The notes beneath the pieces were generated by a model that was given only the letters and a program-made list of their open reading frames with translations, made no database searches and was not told where the DNA came from. DNA of 64,000 bases from contig NZ_JBHRSZ010000004.1 of NCBI RefSeq assembly GCF_042646085.1, forward strand, positions 136,798-200,797, in the 5' to 3' direction. Made by a program: the position numbers and the translations under genes. Source of the DNA: Litoribrevibacter euphylliae (GTDB lineage Bacteria; Pseudomonadota; Gammaproteobacteria; Pseudomonadales; Litoribrevibacteraceae). Of this stretch, positions 38,828 through 48,100 are shown one piece after another (within the stretch, counting starts at the first letter, position 1; each line of letters begins with the position of its first letter).

Positions 38828-39316
38828 ATGAAACTCGCACCGCTTTCATTAGTTATACCGTTTCTGCTTTCCACTTTTTTCAGTTTAAGTTTGAATGCTT
38901 CACCAATTTATCAGTGTAAAGGCCCGAATAATCAGACCGTATTCAGTGATCAGCCTTGTGAGGGCGAAGGTCAGGAAATTGAGGTTCGGGATTATAAGGT
39001 TGGTGGTGCCGTTGGTCGTGATGCTGGTGGAAAAATATATGAGTCTAAAGAGGATTCAGATGCTAAAGACGATGATGGAAGCTCATATGAAGATGAATCC
39101 CCTTGTGTATTTATCAGCTCCACAGAACTTAGAAGACTGAAAATTCAGAAAAGGTTAAAAAAAGGAATGACTACTAGCGGTGTTCGAGGTGCTTGGGGCA
39201 TGCCTAGTAAAATAAATAATTACTCTATGGGTAGATCGCAGTGGGTCTATAGGTTGCCAAGGGGAGGGGCTTATTACGTATACTTTAAGTCTGGCTGTGT
39301 TACTTCGTGGAATTAA
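38828..39316 (+). CDS. Secreted DUF4124-like protein
   Basis: Signal peptide, then IYQCKGPNNQTVFSDQPC, a DUF4124-type N-terminal motif. Confidence 0.55.
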   Translation: MKLAPLSLVIPFLLSTFFSLSLNASPIYQCKGPNNQTVFSDQPCEGEGQEIEVRDYKVGGAVGRDAGGKIYESKEDSDAKDDDGSSYEDESPCVFISSTELRRLKIQKRLKKGMTTSGVRGAWGMPSKINNYSMGRSQWVYRLPRGGAYYVYFKSGCVTSWN

Positions 39317-39389
39317 TAATAAGTAACACAGATAGGGGGCATGAAAATGCTCCCTACTACTTGCCATTAATAAGAACGGCCAACGCACT

Positions 39390-40283
39390 ATGAAAAAATA
39401 CATAGAGCAAAGCAAGCTGGCGTTGAATTCAATGAGCGCCAAGGTTGTCGAAGAGTTCAGCTCTAAAATGAACTTGGTTAAAGAGGTAGTGAGCGGGTTA
39501 CCGATCTTTGTCTCTTCGGAAAGGACCGACAAGTTTGATGCTCTCTATGACGAAAAGCATTACTTTGTGGTGCCGTATCGTCTTTCTGAAACGGGTTTTT
39601 CTTTGCACACCATGCGCTGCTTGCCTGAATCTGTTCCTGAAATAAATGACCTTCCCAAGCGACGAATCTTCCATTTTCCAAATTTTCATTATGAAGCCCT
39701 GTTAAGGGAGCAAATGATTCAGAGTGCTGTTCAGCTGTCCAATGAACGGAAAGCGAATGATAAACATACCTTGGAGCGTCTGGCGGACGATATTGACTCG
39801 TTAGATTCCAAATTAACCTATGGCATATTGTTGGTGGGTGGTGTTGCCGCTGTTTTTAATCCTCTGGTGGGTGCGGGTATCGCTGCGAAAGCACTGCTAC
39901 CTGGTATAGGGAGTCTTGCCAACAAATATGGCTTACGACCTGTCGGAGAAAAGCTGACCGATGCACAGCTCAAGAAGGCAGCGAAAGAAGCTGAAACTTC
40001 CGTTATCCAACAGTTCTCTGAAGCTAATACCCTTAAAGTTGAAAACCCTATTTTACAGGGGCTCGAACTGGCGTTACGGACAACGGAAGACGAACATGAT
40101 CCGTTGGTTGATGTGAACCTGAGCAACGGAAGTATCCCAGAGTTGGGCAACGAGCGATGGCGACAGCTTACTGAAAAGGCGGTCTATCACTGCTATCAAG
40201 ATGTTTTAAAGAACAAGAAACTGCATAAAAAAGCGGGGCTGGGCCCGGAAGACCTTCGTTGGTTGCAGAGTTTATTTCATTGA
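39390..40283 (+). CDS. Hypothetical protein with one central hydrophobic segment (297 aa)
   Basis: ORF with no recognisable motifs. Hydrophobic segment GILLVGGVAAVFNPLVGAGIAA. Confidence 0.45.
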   Translation: MKKYIEQSKLALNSMSAKVVEEFSSKMNLVKEVVSGLPIFVSSERTDKFDALYDEKHYFVVPYRLSETGFSLHTMRCLPESVPEINDLPKRRIFHFPNFHYEALLREQMIQSAVQLSNERKANDKHTLERLADDIDSLDSKLTYGILLVGGVAAVFNPLVGAGIAAKALLPGIGSLANKYGLRPVGEKLTDAQLKKAAKEAETSVIQQFSEANTLKVENPILQGLELALRTTEDEHDPLVDVNLSNGSIPELGNERWRQLTEKAVYHCYQDVLKNKKLHKKAGLGPEDLRWLQSLFH

Positions 40284-40339
40284 TATGCAGAATGGCCAGC
40301 AATAACTGCTGGCCTTAATCTTTGGCATCACATGAACGG

Positions 40340-41068
40340 TTAAAGCAAATACCCACCATCCACTTCGATCACTGCATTGCGCATCGCCACTGATTGATCC
40401 GACAGTAAGAATTCAATGGCTCCGATTTGATCTTCGGGAGTCATAACTCTGCCCAGCGGGGTTGTGTTCAGTGTTTCAAAGAATTCATTCTGTTGCTCCG
40501 AGGTCATACCTGCCTTTCCTTGAATTTCTGTGGCAGTAACGCCTGGGCGAACAGAGTTGATTCTGATGCCTTGTGGCGCCAGTTCCAGGTTGGCTACTTG
40601 GGCAATGGCTTCAAAGGCTGCTTTGCTGGCGGAGTACACAGCACCATGAGGGAAGGCTTTAGTCACTGCAATACTGGAAACAAACACTACGCTGGATGGT
40701 TTTTTCAGCGTAGGAAGCAGCGCCTGTAGGGTGATGAACGGCCCTTTGGTGTTGATGTTCATGGTACGGTCGAACGCTTCTTCGCTGATGTCTGCAAAGG
40801 CTTCTGGATAAAACACGCCTGCGTTTAACACCAATCCATCAAGCTGGATGTTGTCTTTTTGAAGGGCGGTCGAAAGTTGTTGAAGTTGTTTGGGATTGGC
40901 GCTGTCTGCCATATAGCCTGCGCACCCAAGCGAGAGCACGGTTTCATCGATTTTGCTTTGATCCCGACCGGTAATAATGACTTGGTTGCCTTGGCTAACC
41001 AGACGTTCCGCCAGTGCGCGGCCAATACCCGCTGTGCCGCCAGTAATCAGGATGGTTTTTCCGTTCAT
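40340..41068 (-). CDS. Short-chain dehydrogenase/reductase (SDR) oxidoreductase
   Basis: TILITGGTAGIGRALAERL plus the YSASKAA catalytic motif. Confidence 0.85.
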   Translation of the reverse strand: MNGKTILITGGTAGIGRALAERLVSQGNQVIITGRDQSKIDETVLSLGCAGYMADSANPKQLQQLSTALQKDNIQLDGLVLNAGVFYPEAFADISEEAFDRTMNINTKGPFITLQALLPTLKKPSSVVFVSSIAVTKAFPHGAVYSASKAAFEAIAQVANLELAPQGIRINSVRPGVTATEIQGKAGMTSEQQNEFFETLNTTPLGRVMTPEDQIGAIEFLLSDQSVAMRNAVIEVDGGYLL

Positions 41069-41285
41069 GATGTGACTTCCTCTGTAGTGTTGAATGACGA
41101 TGTTTATTCAATCCAAACAGAGTATCAGCTTGATAGGTTGCTAATAAGATACCAATATGATTACTTACTGGTTCTTTTATGGAAACAAATAGCCGGCTAC
41201 TAAACGGGCATTCACTTGATCAGAGTGCACGTCAGTAAGAGCGCACGTTAATAAGAACGCACGGCAACAAACCGTAAGGCACAGC

Positions 41286-42167
41286 ATGTCATATCTTAAT
41301 CTTCCTTTGCTCCATGTATTTCACTTAGTGGCCGAACGAGGCAGCTTTCAAGCGGCAGCTAATGAGCTGGATCTTCCTCGTTCCTCAGTGAGTAAGAAAA
41401 TTCGGCAACTTGAGGAACACGTCGGGCAGCCACTTCTTCAGCGAACTACCCGACAACTTCGTTTGACGGATGTAGGTAGGAACTTGCTGCTTGAAACCAG
41501 TAATTTGCAATCGGTATTAACCAATCTTAATGGGGTAGTGGATGATGCTCATGCTTCACCAAAAGGCCGGGTGAAAATCAGTGCGAGTATTTTGATGGGG
41601 CAGGGCTACCTTGTTCCTGCGATGAAAAAGCTGAGAAAAGCCTACCCGGATATTGAGCTGGAATTAAGCCTGGATGATCGCAACGTTGATTTACTGGCAG
41701 AGAAAGTGGACATTGCCATTCGTATCGGTCAATTGCCGGATTCTTCATTAATTGCCCGTAAAATCAGTGAGAAATGCTGGGGCTGGTTCGCGTCAGAGGA
41801 GTATCTGACGGAAAGAGGCGAACCTCAATCGCCACATGAATTAATCAATCATGACTGTCTGGTGTTTGGGAAGTTTACCTTCTGGCCTTTTCAGGACAAG
41901 CACGGGCATACTGAAACCATCGAAGTAACACCTGCCATCAAAACAGATAACAGTCGGGTGTTGGTTGATATGGCTTGCGAAGGACTGGGTATTACCATGA
42001 TTGATCCTAAGTTTATTGCTAAGGAGTTAGATTCCGGGCAATTAACTCCGGTGTTAACGGATTGGGCACACCCTGAAACAAGCCCCATTAATCTGGTGTG
42101 TATGGGTGAGCGAACCCGCGCGGTTGAAGCTGTTTGGCAGTTTTTGTTGGAGGATTGGGGTGAGTAA
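41286..42167 (+). CDS. LysR-family transcriptional regulator
   Basis: N-terminal HTH (FQAAANELDLPRSSVSKKIRQLEEHVG) plus a substrate-binding domain. Divergent from the SDR gene. Confidence 0.85.
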   Translation: MSYLNLPLLHVFHLVAERGSFQAAANELDLPRSSVSKKIRQLEEHVGQPLLQRTTRQLRLTDVGRNLLLETSNLQSVLTNLNGVVDDAHASPKGRVKISASILMGQGYLVPAMKKLRKAYPDIELELSLDDRNVDLLAEKVDIAIRIGQLPDSSLIARKISEKCWGWFASEEYLTERGEPQSPHELINHDCLVFGKFTFWPFQDKHGHTETIEVTPAIKTDNSRVLVDMACEGLGITMIDPKFIAKELDSGQLTPVLTDWAHPETSPINLVCMGERTRAVEAVWQFLLEDWGE

Positions 42168-42273
42168 TCTACTAAGAGTGTTGAAGGATAGTGAACTTCA
42201 TGCGTAAAAGTATGGGGAAAGTGCTATCTTAACTTGGTGATTTAATTCATCAAATAAAGAGAAGGGAAGAATT

Positions 42274-43137
42274 ATGAGTGATAAGCCAACTATATTCATT
42301 GCTTCATCAACTGAGGCAATTTCAGTCGCTGAAGCAGTGCATATCAAGCTTGAGAACGAAATGAGAGTTAGGCTTTGGGAGAATGCTTTTGATTTATCAT
42401 CGGTAACCATTACAACACTCATGAATAAAACAAAAGAAGCTGATTATGCTGTTTTTGTCTTTCATCCTGATGATAAGGCGCTTATTAGAGAAAAAGAATA
42501 TAGCACTGTTCGGGATAATGTAATTCTTGAGCTTGGGATGTTTATTGGTGCTCTGGGGCTGGAAAAGTGTTTTATTCTAGTTCCAAAATCTGCAGAGATA
42601 ACATTCCGTTTGCCGACAGATTTAGCTGGTGTAACTGCATCATTTTATGATGAGCAGGATCCAGTTTTTACTGATGCAGTAACAGGTAGTTGCGCCAAAA
42701 TTAAGCAGGCAGTGAAAAAACAGGAGTCAGCAAAGAATATAACTGAATTAACTAGTGAAACTGAGACCTTAAAGCAGCAGTTACATAATGCTCAGTCTCA
42801 GCTTTGGAGTATGAACCACGATATCCAAAGAGCTAATGAAAAGTCGCAGTCTTTACTTGAATCGATAAAACTACATTTTTTTTCAATTGCGAAACCTGCA
42901 ACTCCAGCTGAAATAAAAGCCTGGGAAGAAGGAGCAGAAGAAAGTTATCTAAAAGAAGTAAAAGTCCGTGATCACAATGTATATTTTGTGGATAGAGATG
43001 TGATGATTCCTCCATTACATGGCGCTAGCTCTATAGCTATTATCGTGGCGAAAGGAGTTAAGGTTTATGGTATTGATAAGTGGAGTCATAATGAAATTTA
43101 TTATATGGATGGTTTTAGGACTGATGCTCGCTTATAA
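42274..43137 (+). CDS. Stand-alone TIR-like (Cap12/Pycsar-effector-type, PF10137-like) domain protein with coiled coil and an unknown C-terminal domain
   Basis: N-terminus MSDKPTIFIASSTEAISVAEAVHIKLENEMRVRLWENAF...ADYAVFVFHPDDKALIREK...RDNVILELGMFIGALGLEKCFIL matches the predicted nucleotide-binding TIR-like family. A coiled coil follows (TETLKQQLHNAQSQLWSMNHDIQRANEKSQSLLESIKL), then a roughly 90-aa C-terminal domain. The gene is AT-rich relative to its neighbours. Confidence 0.6.
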   Translation: MSDKPTIFIASSTEAISVAEAVHIKLENEMRVRLWENAFDLSSVTITTLMNKTKEADYAVFVFHPDDKALIREKEYSTVRDNVILELGMFIGALGLEKCFILVPKSAEITFRLPTDLAGVTASFYDEQDPVFTDAVTGSCAKIKQAVKKQESAKNITELTSETETLKQQLHNAQSQLWSMNHDIQRANEKSQSLLESIKLHFFSIAKPATPAEIKAWEEGAEESYLKEVKVRDHNVYFVDRDVMIPPLHGASSIAIIVAKGVKVYGIDKWSHNEIYYMDGFRTDARL

Positions 43138-43159
43138 CTAGATGAAACTGACTTAACTC

Positions 43160-43867
43160 ATGCCCAACTCACTCTCCATTCGCTCCTACAGCCGCCAACG
43201 CAGAGGCCATTCCCACGATTATCATCAGTTAGTGTTGCCGTTGCGTGGTGTCATCAATATTGAACTGGAAGGTTATTCTGGCAAGGTGGCACCCGGTGAG
43301 TGCGTGGTGATTCATACTGGTACCATGCACCACTTTACTGCTAATGAAGAAGCCCGTTTTGTGGTGGCAGATTTGTCTGATTTACCCGAAAATCTGGCGC
43401 AGTCTGACTGCCTGGTGTTCTCCATCACCGCTCCTTTGATCAGTTATCTTAATTTCATCGAGAAGCAGTTAGAGCATCAGGTTAATCCAGAGCTTGAGCG
43501 GTCGATGTTCGAAACCTTTGTGCTTTTGCTTTCGGAGCAACACTTCTTTAAGCAAGTTGATCATCGATTACGTGCGGTGTTGGAGCATATATCCGATCAT
43601 TTGACTGATAAGTTGCTGATTGACGAGCTCGCGAAGGTTGCGTGTCTTAGTCCTACTCAATTCAAGAAAGTGTTTAAAGAGCAGGTGGGTCTCAGTGTGA
43701 TGCAATACATCACCAAGGAGCGAATGGAAAAGGCCAAAGCCTTGTTGATGCACACCGATTATCCTATTCAGTTGGTGGCTGAACAGGTGGGCTATGCGGA
43801 TCTCTCATCTTTTGGACGTCGATTTTCAAATCACTTTGGATTATCACCCAAGCAATTCTCTCAATAA
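43160..43867 (+). CDS. AraC-family transcriptional regulator (cupin + HTH)
   Basis: C-terminal HTH_AraC (QFKKVFKEQVGLSVMQYITKERMEKAKALL...LSPKQF). Confidence 0.8.
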   Translation: MPNSLSIRSYSRQRRGHSHDYHQLVLPLRGVINIELEGYSGKVAPGECVVIHTGTMHHFTANEEARFVVADLSDLPENLAQSDCLVFSITAPLISYLNFIEKQLEHQVNPELERSMFETFVLLLSEQHFFKQVDHRLRAVLEHISDHLTDKLLIDELAKVACLSPTQFKKVFKEQVGLSVMQYITKERMEKAKALLMHTDYPIQLVAEQVGYADLSSFGRRFSNHFGLSPKQFSQ

Positions 43868-43976
43868 ATAAACGCCTTTTTAAACGACAATAGCGTCTGA
43901 TCTGCATAATTTTGTTTTATTCTTCTCTTAGACTTGGTGCATGTAATTAAACATGTCAGTGAGTCGAGGAAGGTCA

Positions 43977-44930
43977 ATGCTATTTCAAGATCATTCAGGG
44001 CGCGGTTTGTTCGCTATTGTTATTGCCTGTGTTTTCTGGGGGACGACAGGCACAGCCGCCAGTTTTACTCCTGATGTGAGTCCATTGGCTACTGGCGCTT
44101 TTGCTATGGGTGGCGGTGGGTTTTTGCTGGTGATGTTTGCGTTTTCAGAGCTTCTGAACGATTCCTCAAAATTACGAACGAATTGGAGATTGATGTTGGT
44201 CGGTGGAGTGGCGGTTGCGCTCTATCCGCTGGCCTTTTATTCATCTATGCGGTTGTCGGGTGTTGCGGTTGGAACAGTGGTCTCTATCGCTAGTGCTCCA
44301 TTCTTTACTGTGTTGTTAGAGCGTCTGATTGGCAAGAAATTGGTTTCTAGGCTGTGGATGGTGAGCTTTGCAATAGGTGCGATGGGTATCATTTTACTGA
44401 CCTTGGGTAAGGAACAATCTCAGGTAACAGGCTTGCAGTTATCTATGCATTATCTTGGAGTTTTGTTGGGATTAGGTGCTGGGTTAAGTTATGCACTCTA
44501 TTCGTGGGCGGCCAAAGGGATGATCGAACAGGGTATTCATTCCAAATCTGCGATGGCTAGCATGTTTGGTTTGGCGGCAGTGGTGTTGCTGCCTTCGTTA
44601 TTGCTGACCGGAGACCATCTGTTTTCTTCAACAACGAATGCATGTGTAGCGGTGTACATGGCTGTGGTTCCTATGTTCTTAGGCTATGTTTTGTTTGGTT
44701 ATGGTTTGAAGTTTGTTGAAGCGAGTCAGGCAACCCTGATTACTTTGTTAGAGCCTGCAATTGCGACGGTTATGGCTGTGATGATTGTAGGAGAGCGTAT
44801 CAGTACAATGGGTTGGATTGGAATGGGGTTGATCTTGTGGTGTTTGTGGATGCAAATGCCAAAAGCATCCTCGATGAATAGAAAAAAACCTTTGGATTCT
44901 TCTGAAACCAGCCATGCTGTTGAAGTGTAG
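43977..44930 (+). CDS. DMT-superfamily (EamA-like) transporter
   Basis: 10 predicted TM helices in two EamA halves. Confidence 0.8.
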   Translation: MLFQDHSGRGLFAIVIACVFWGTTGTAASFTPDVSPLATGAFAMGGGGFLLVMFAFSELLNDSSKLRTNWRLMLVGGVAVALYPLAFYSSMRLSGVAVGTVVSIASAPFFTVLLERLIGKKLVSRLWMVSFAIGAMGIILLTLGKEQSQVTGLQLSMHYLGVLLGLGAGLSYALYSWAAKGMIEQGIHSKSAMASMFGLAAVVLLPSLLLTGDHLFSSTTNACVAVYMAVVPMFLGYVLFGYGLKFVEASQATLITLLEPAIATVMAVMIVGERISTMGWIGMGLILWCLWMQMPKASSMNRKKPLDSSETSHAVEV

Positions 44931-45159
44931 ATCATGGCTAAGAATCAGATTCTTAGCTTTGAAAGGAAAAGGGTTGGCCTGTGATATGTGAAATTAATGT
45001 TTAAAAGAGGGTTAAAGAAAGGAAGATCTGATGATCTCCCTATTTGTTGGTTATCGATATGTCACTTATCTCTTGCTTCGATGAAGCGGACATTACAGAT
45101 TACGCCAGCGCTACTTCAAAGACTAGAACGTGTTTAAAGACTAAAGCATGGCCAGTTTC

Positions 45160-48100
45160 CTACGACTGCTGCCACGCAGCCGACGGCCCAACACAGCTCG
45201 GCGTAGCGCTTGCCTGCGTCTTGGCGCCTAGTGCCAGGGAATCTGTAATAGCATTCACGTTTTCGCTGGCGAATATGACCATGGCTACTTTGCCGCCGCA
45301 CACCTTGCTTTCGCTCTTAGTGGTGGCGGACTCGCCTGCGATTTCACCAATTCCGCCTTGCACCGCGCCTGCCAGAGCTGCCTTGCCAAGGCCGTCGCAG
45401 AGTGGGTTTCCGAGGATCTTGTTCGTGACTACTTTCTGGGTCATGTTGACACCAGTGCTGATGGTTACGTCCGTGGCAATCTTGATGCCCGTACTTACCG
45501 CGGAGGACACAGCGTCCTCGCCGACGGTCGCGACGATGGCGTATGCCGTCCCGGCAGCAGCAGCTGCGGCGAGGCCGTATCCTATAACCCCGGAGGCTGC
45601 GCCGGTTCCGAAATGGATGCCCACACCAGCCCATGTTGCAGACGCTGGATGGAACAAGAGATATTGCTGGGTATTGAGTGAGCCTCCCATGAGGGCCGCT
45701 CCGCTCACACCTGTGATGGTTTGGGCAACGGTATTGGCGCTAGGCAAGGTTGCCCAAGCGCTTTGACTCGCAGACACCCCCGCTTGGATCTCTCCGCCAC
45801 TTTCTTCTCCCCCAATGGCGCCGGAGGAGTCTCCACCCTCAGCACTAATATCGACGCTGGAATCGACTCCCGCATCGCTTCCTAGTTCGGCTGCAGCACC
45901 GGCGGTTCCCGCTTCGGCTCCCGTTTCGGCCGCATCGGCTCCTAAAAGTGCGGCAAGTCCCGTATCGGCGGCGCCTCCCGTCAGCACTGCCCCTGCAACG
46001 AAGGTTGCAGTGAGGGCCGCGCCCACCAGAACCTCCGCCCAAATGCTCATCTCGCCCGTGGGATCCACTAACATCAGAGGATTGCTCGAGGCAAAGGCAT
46101 AGGGTGTTGCGAGCTGCCGCATAGGGTCGGGAGTGGTGAAGCGCCTCGTCTCTGGGTCATACAGGCGAGCCGCGAAGTTGTAGAGGCCAATCTCGCTGTC
46201 CCATTCATGCCCCTGGTAGCGGTACATCATGCTTGAATCTGAGTTGGACTCACCATAGGGGCCGTAGCTGGCACTGTCCTGAAGCCCATTGGCGTCGAAG
46301 GTCGCCCACACGGACCCGGTGAGATCCGTCAGGGAGACCACCGGAGTGCCGTTGACCAAAGTCATCAAACGGCCAGTCGGGCCGTTGATGTCTACATACC
46401 AGTCGCCATTCCGATAGATGATCCAGCTCTGCGGCAATCCTCCGGACAAGTAGATCTGTGTGCTGGTCTGAGGTTGCGGGCTACCAGTACTCGATACTTT
46501 GACCGCGCGCTGGCGCTGGCTACCGTAGCCAAACTGGACGCTGGTTTGCTGATCGAGAGTCTGGATGGTAATGGGCCGGGAGATGCTCTCATCGTAGGTG
46601 AATTTACGGGAGTTATCCTGTGTGAGTTGTCCCCGGGCATCGTACACAAACGGATTGCCGGTACCCGATGGTGGAGTGAGCACACCGATTTGGTTCGAGC
46701 CCGTTGCACGGGGCATAGCGGTCGTGCCACTTGCGTCATTCACCTGGGTGATATTGCCATTGGCGTCAAGCGTGTAAGTGCTGTTGTCACCTCCTGAGCT
46801 GGTCACGGTCTTCAGGCGGCGAAGGTCGTCATATCCAAAGGTTTCTGAGATTTGAGGCACGCCTGCAATGGGAGAGCTCACTTCACGGCTGTGCATGGAG
46901 CTGTCAATATTGTAGGTGGACGTAATCACCGTGTTACCGGCCAGTTTCTTGTGGGTGCCCGTAATGGTAGCTGGCAGATTCGGATTCTTTGGGTCGTAGG
47001 CGTACTGTGTGGTCCAGAAGTCGCTTCCTTGAGCTGTCGAAATCGCGCCATCTGGCGTGTAGGTGAAGCTTGCGAACTCGCTGCCGCCATTGGTCTTGCC
47101 GATTGTTGACGTTCGCCCCAGACCATCATAGCTGTAGAATAGTTTGGATACGCCGGCACCGCCGGGAAGTGTCACTGTGGTGACCTCACCGAGGCTGTTA
47201 TAGCCATAGCTAATCTGCGCGTTGTGCTCTGCGATACCAGACACCGTCTGTACTACCGTGTCGGGTAGACCGTTCGACGTGTAGGTGTAGGTCTCCTTCA
47301 CCACACATGAGCTGCCGTCCTCCGCGATGGTGGTTGTTGTTGCTGTGGTGAGGAGCCCGACTGCCTTGGAGTCGCTGCCGTCGCCATCAAAGGTGGAAAC
47401 AACGGTGATTTGTTGGCCAGAGCTGGGCCAGGTCAGGTCGTCAGCATGATTCTGAAGAGTTTCACGTGTATAGGAACCATCCAGACGGCCGCGCTCCAAC
47501 TCACGTCCCAGCCGGTCGAACTTGGTGTAGAGCACGAAGGCCTGCTCGTTGCCGGACACGCTTGGAATTGTGAAGCGAAGACGGTTCATCGCATCGTACA
47601 CAAGCTGCGTAGTGCCCGAATCCGGGTCGGACATTTCGATGACGTTGCCCGAACCATCGAAGGCGCGTGATTGCTGCATGGCCTCTTCACTCGCTGCGAA
47701 GAACTGCGGCAGCTTGAGTTTGGCACTTGTCTCGGGGCCGTTGGTGTCGGCGTATGAGCGCGTCATGCCATATTCGATGAGTGTGTCACCTGTGGCGTCC
47801 TCCCACTTTGCGCCCACGAGGCGATTCAAATGATCTCGTGCCGCTTCGCCATGAACCTGAACGTCAGTGCCTTGGGCCCGGTAGACCGAGATGCTCCGGT
47901 CTCCCTCGGTGACCCCTTCGTTTGCACTTGTGGCGCCAAGGTCGATAAGCGTACTTGAGCTACCGTCGAGATTGATTCCGTGCTCGTTGCCAGGACAACC
48001 GACTTCCTTACGTTTGCTACGGACTGATCGCTCGAAGCGTATACCATAGTAGGGGTAATCATTGTCCGTCGGGTAGTTGGTCGCCACGTCTCCTGACATC

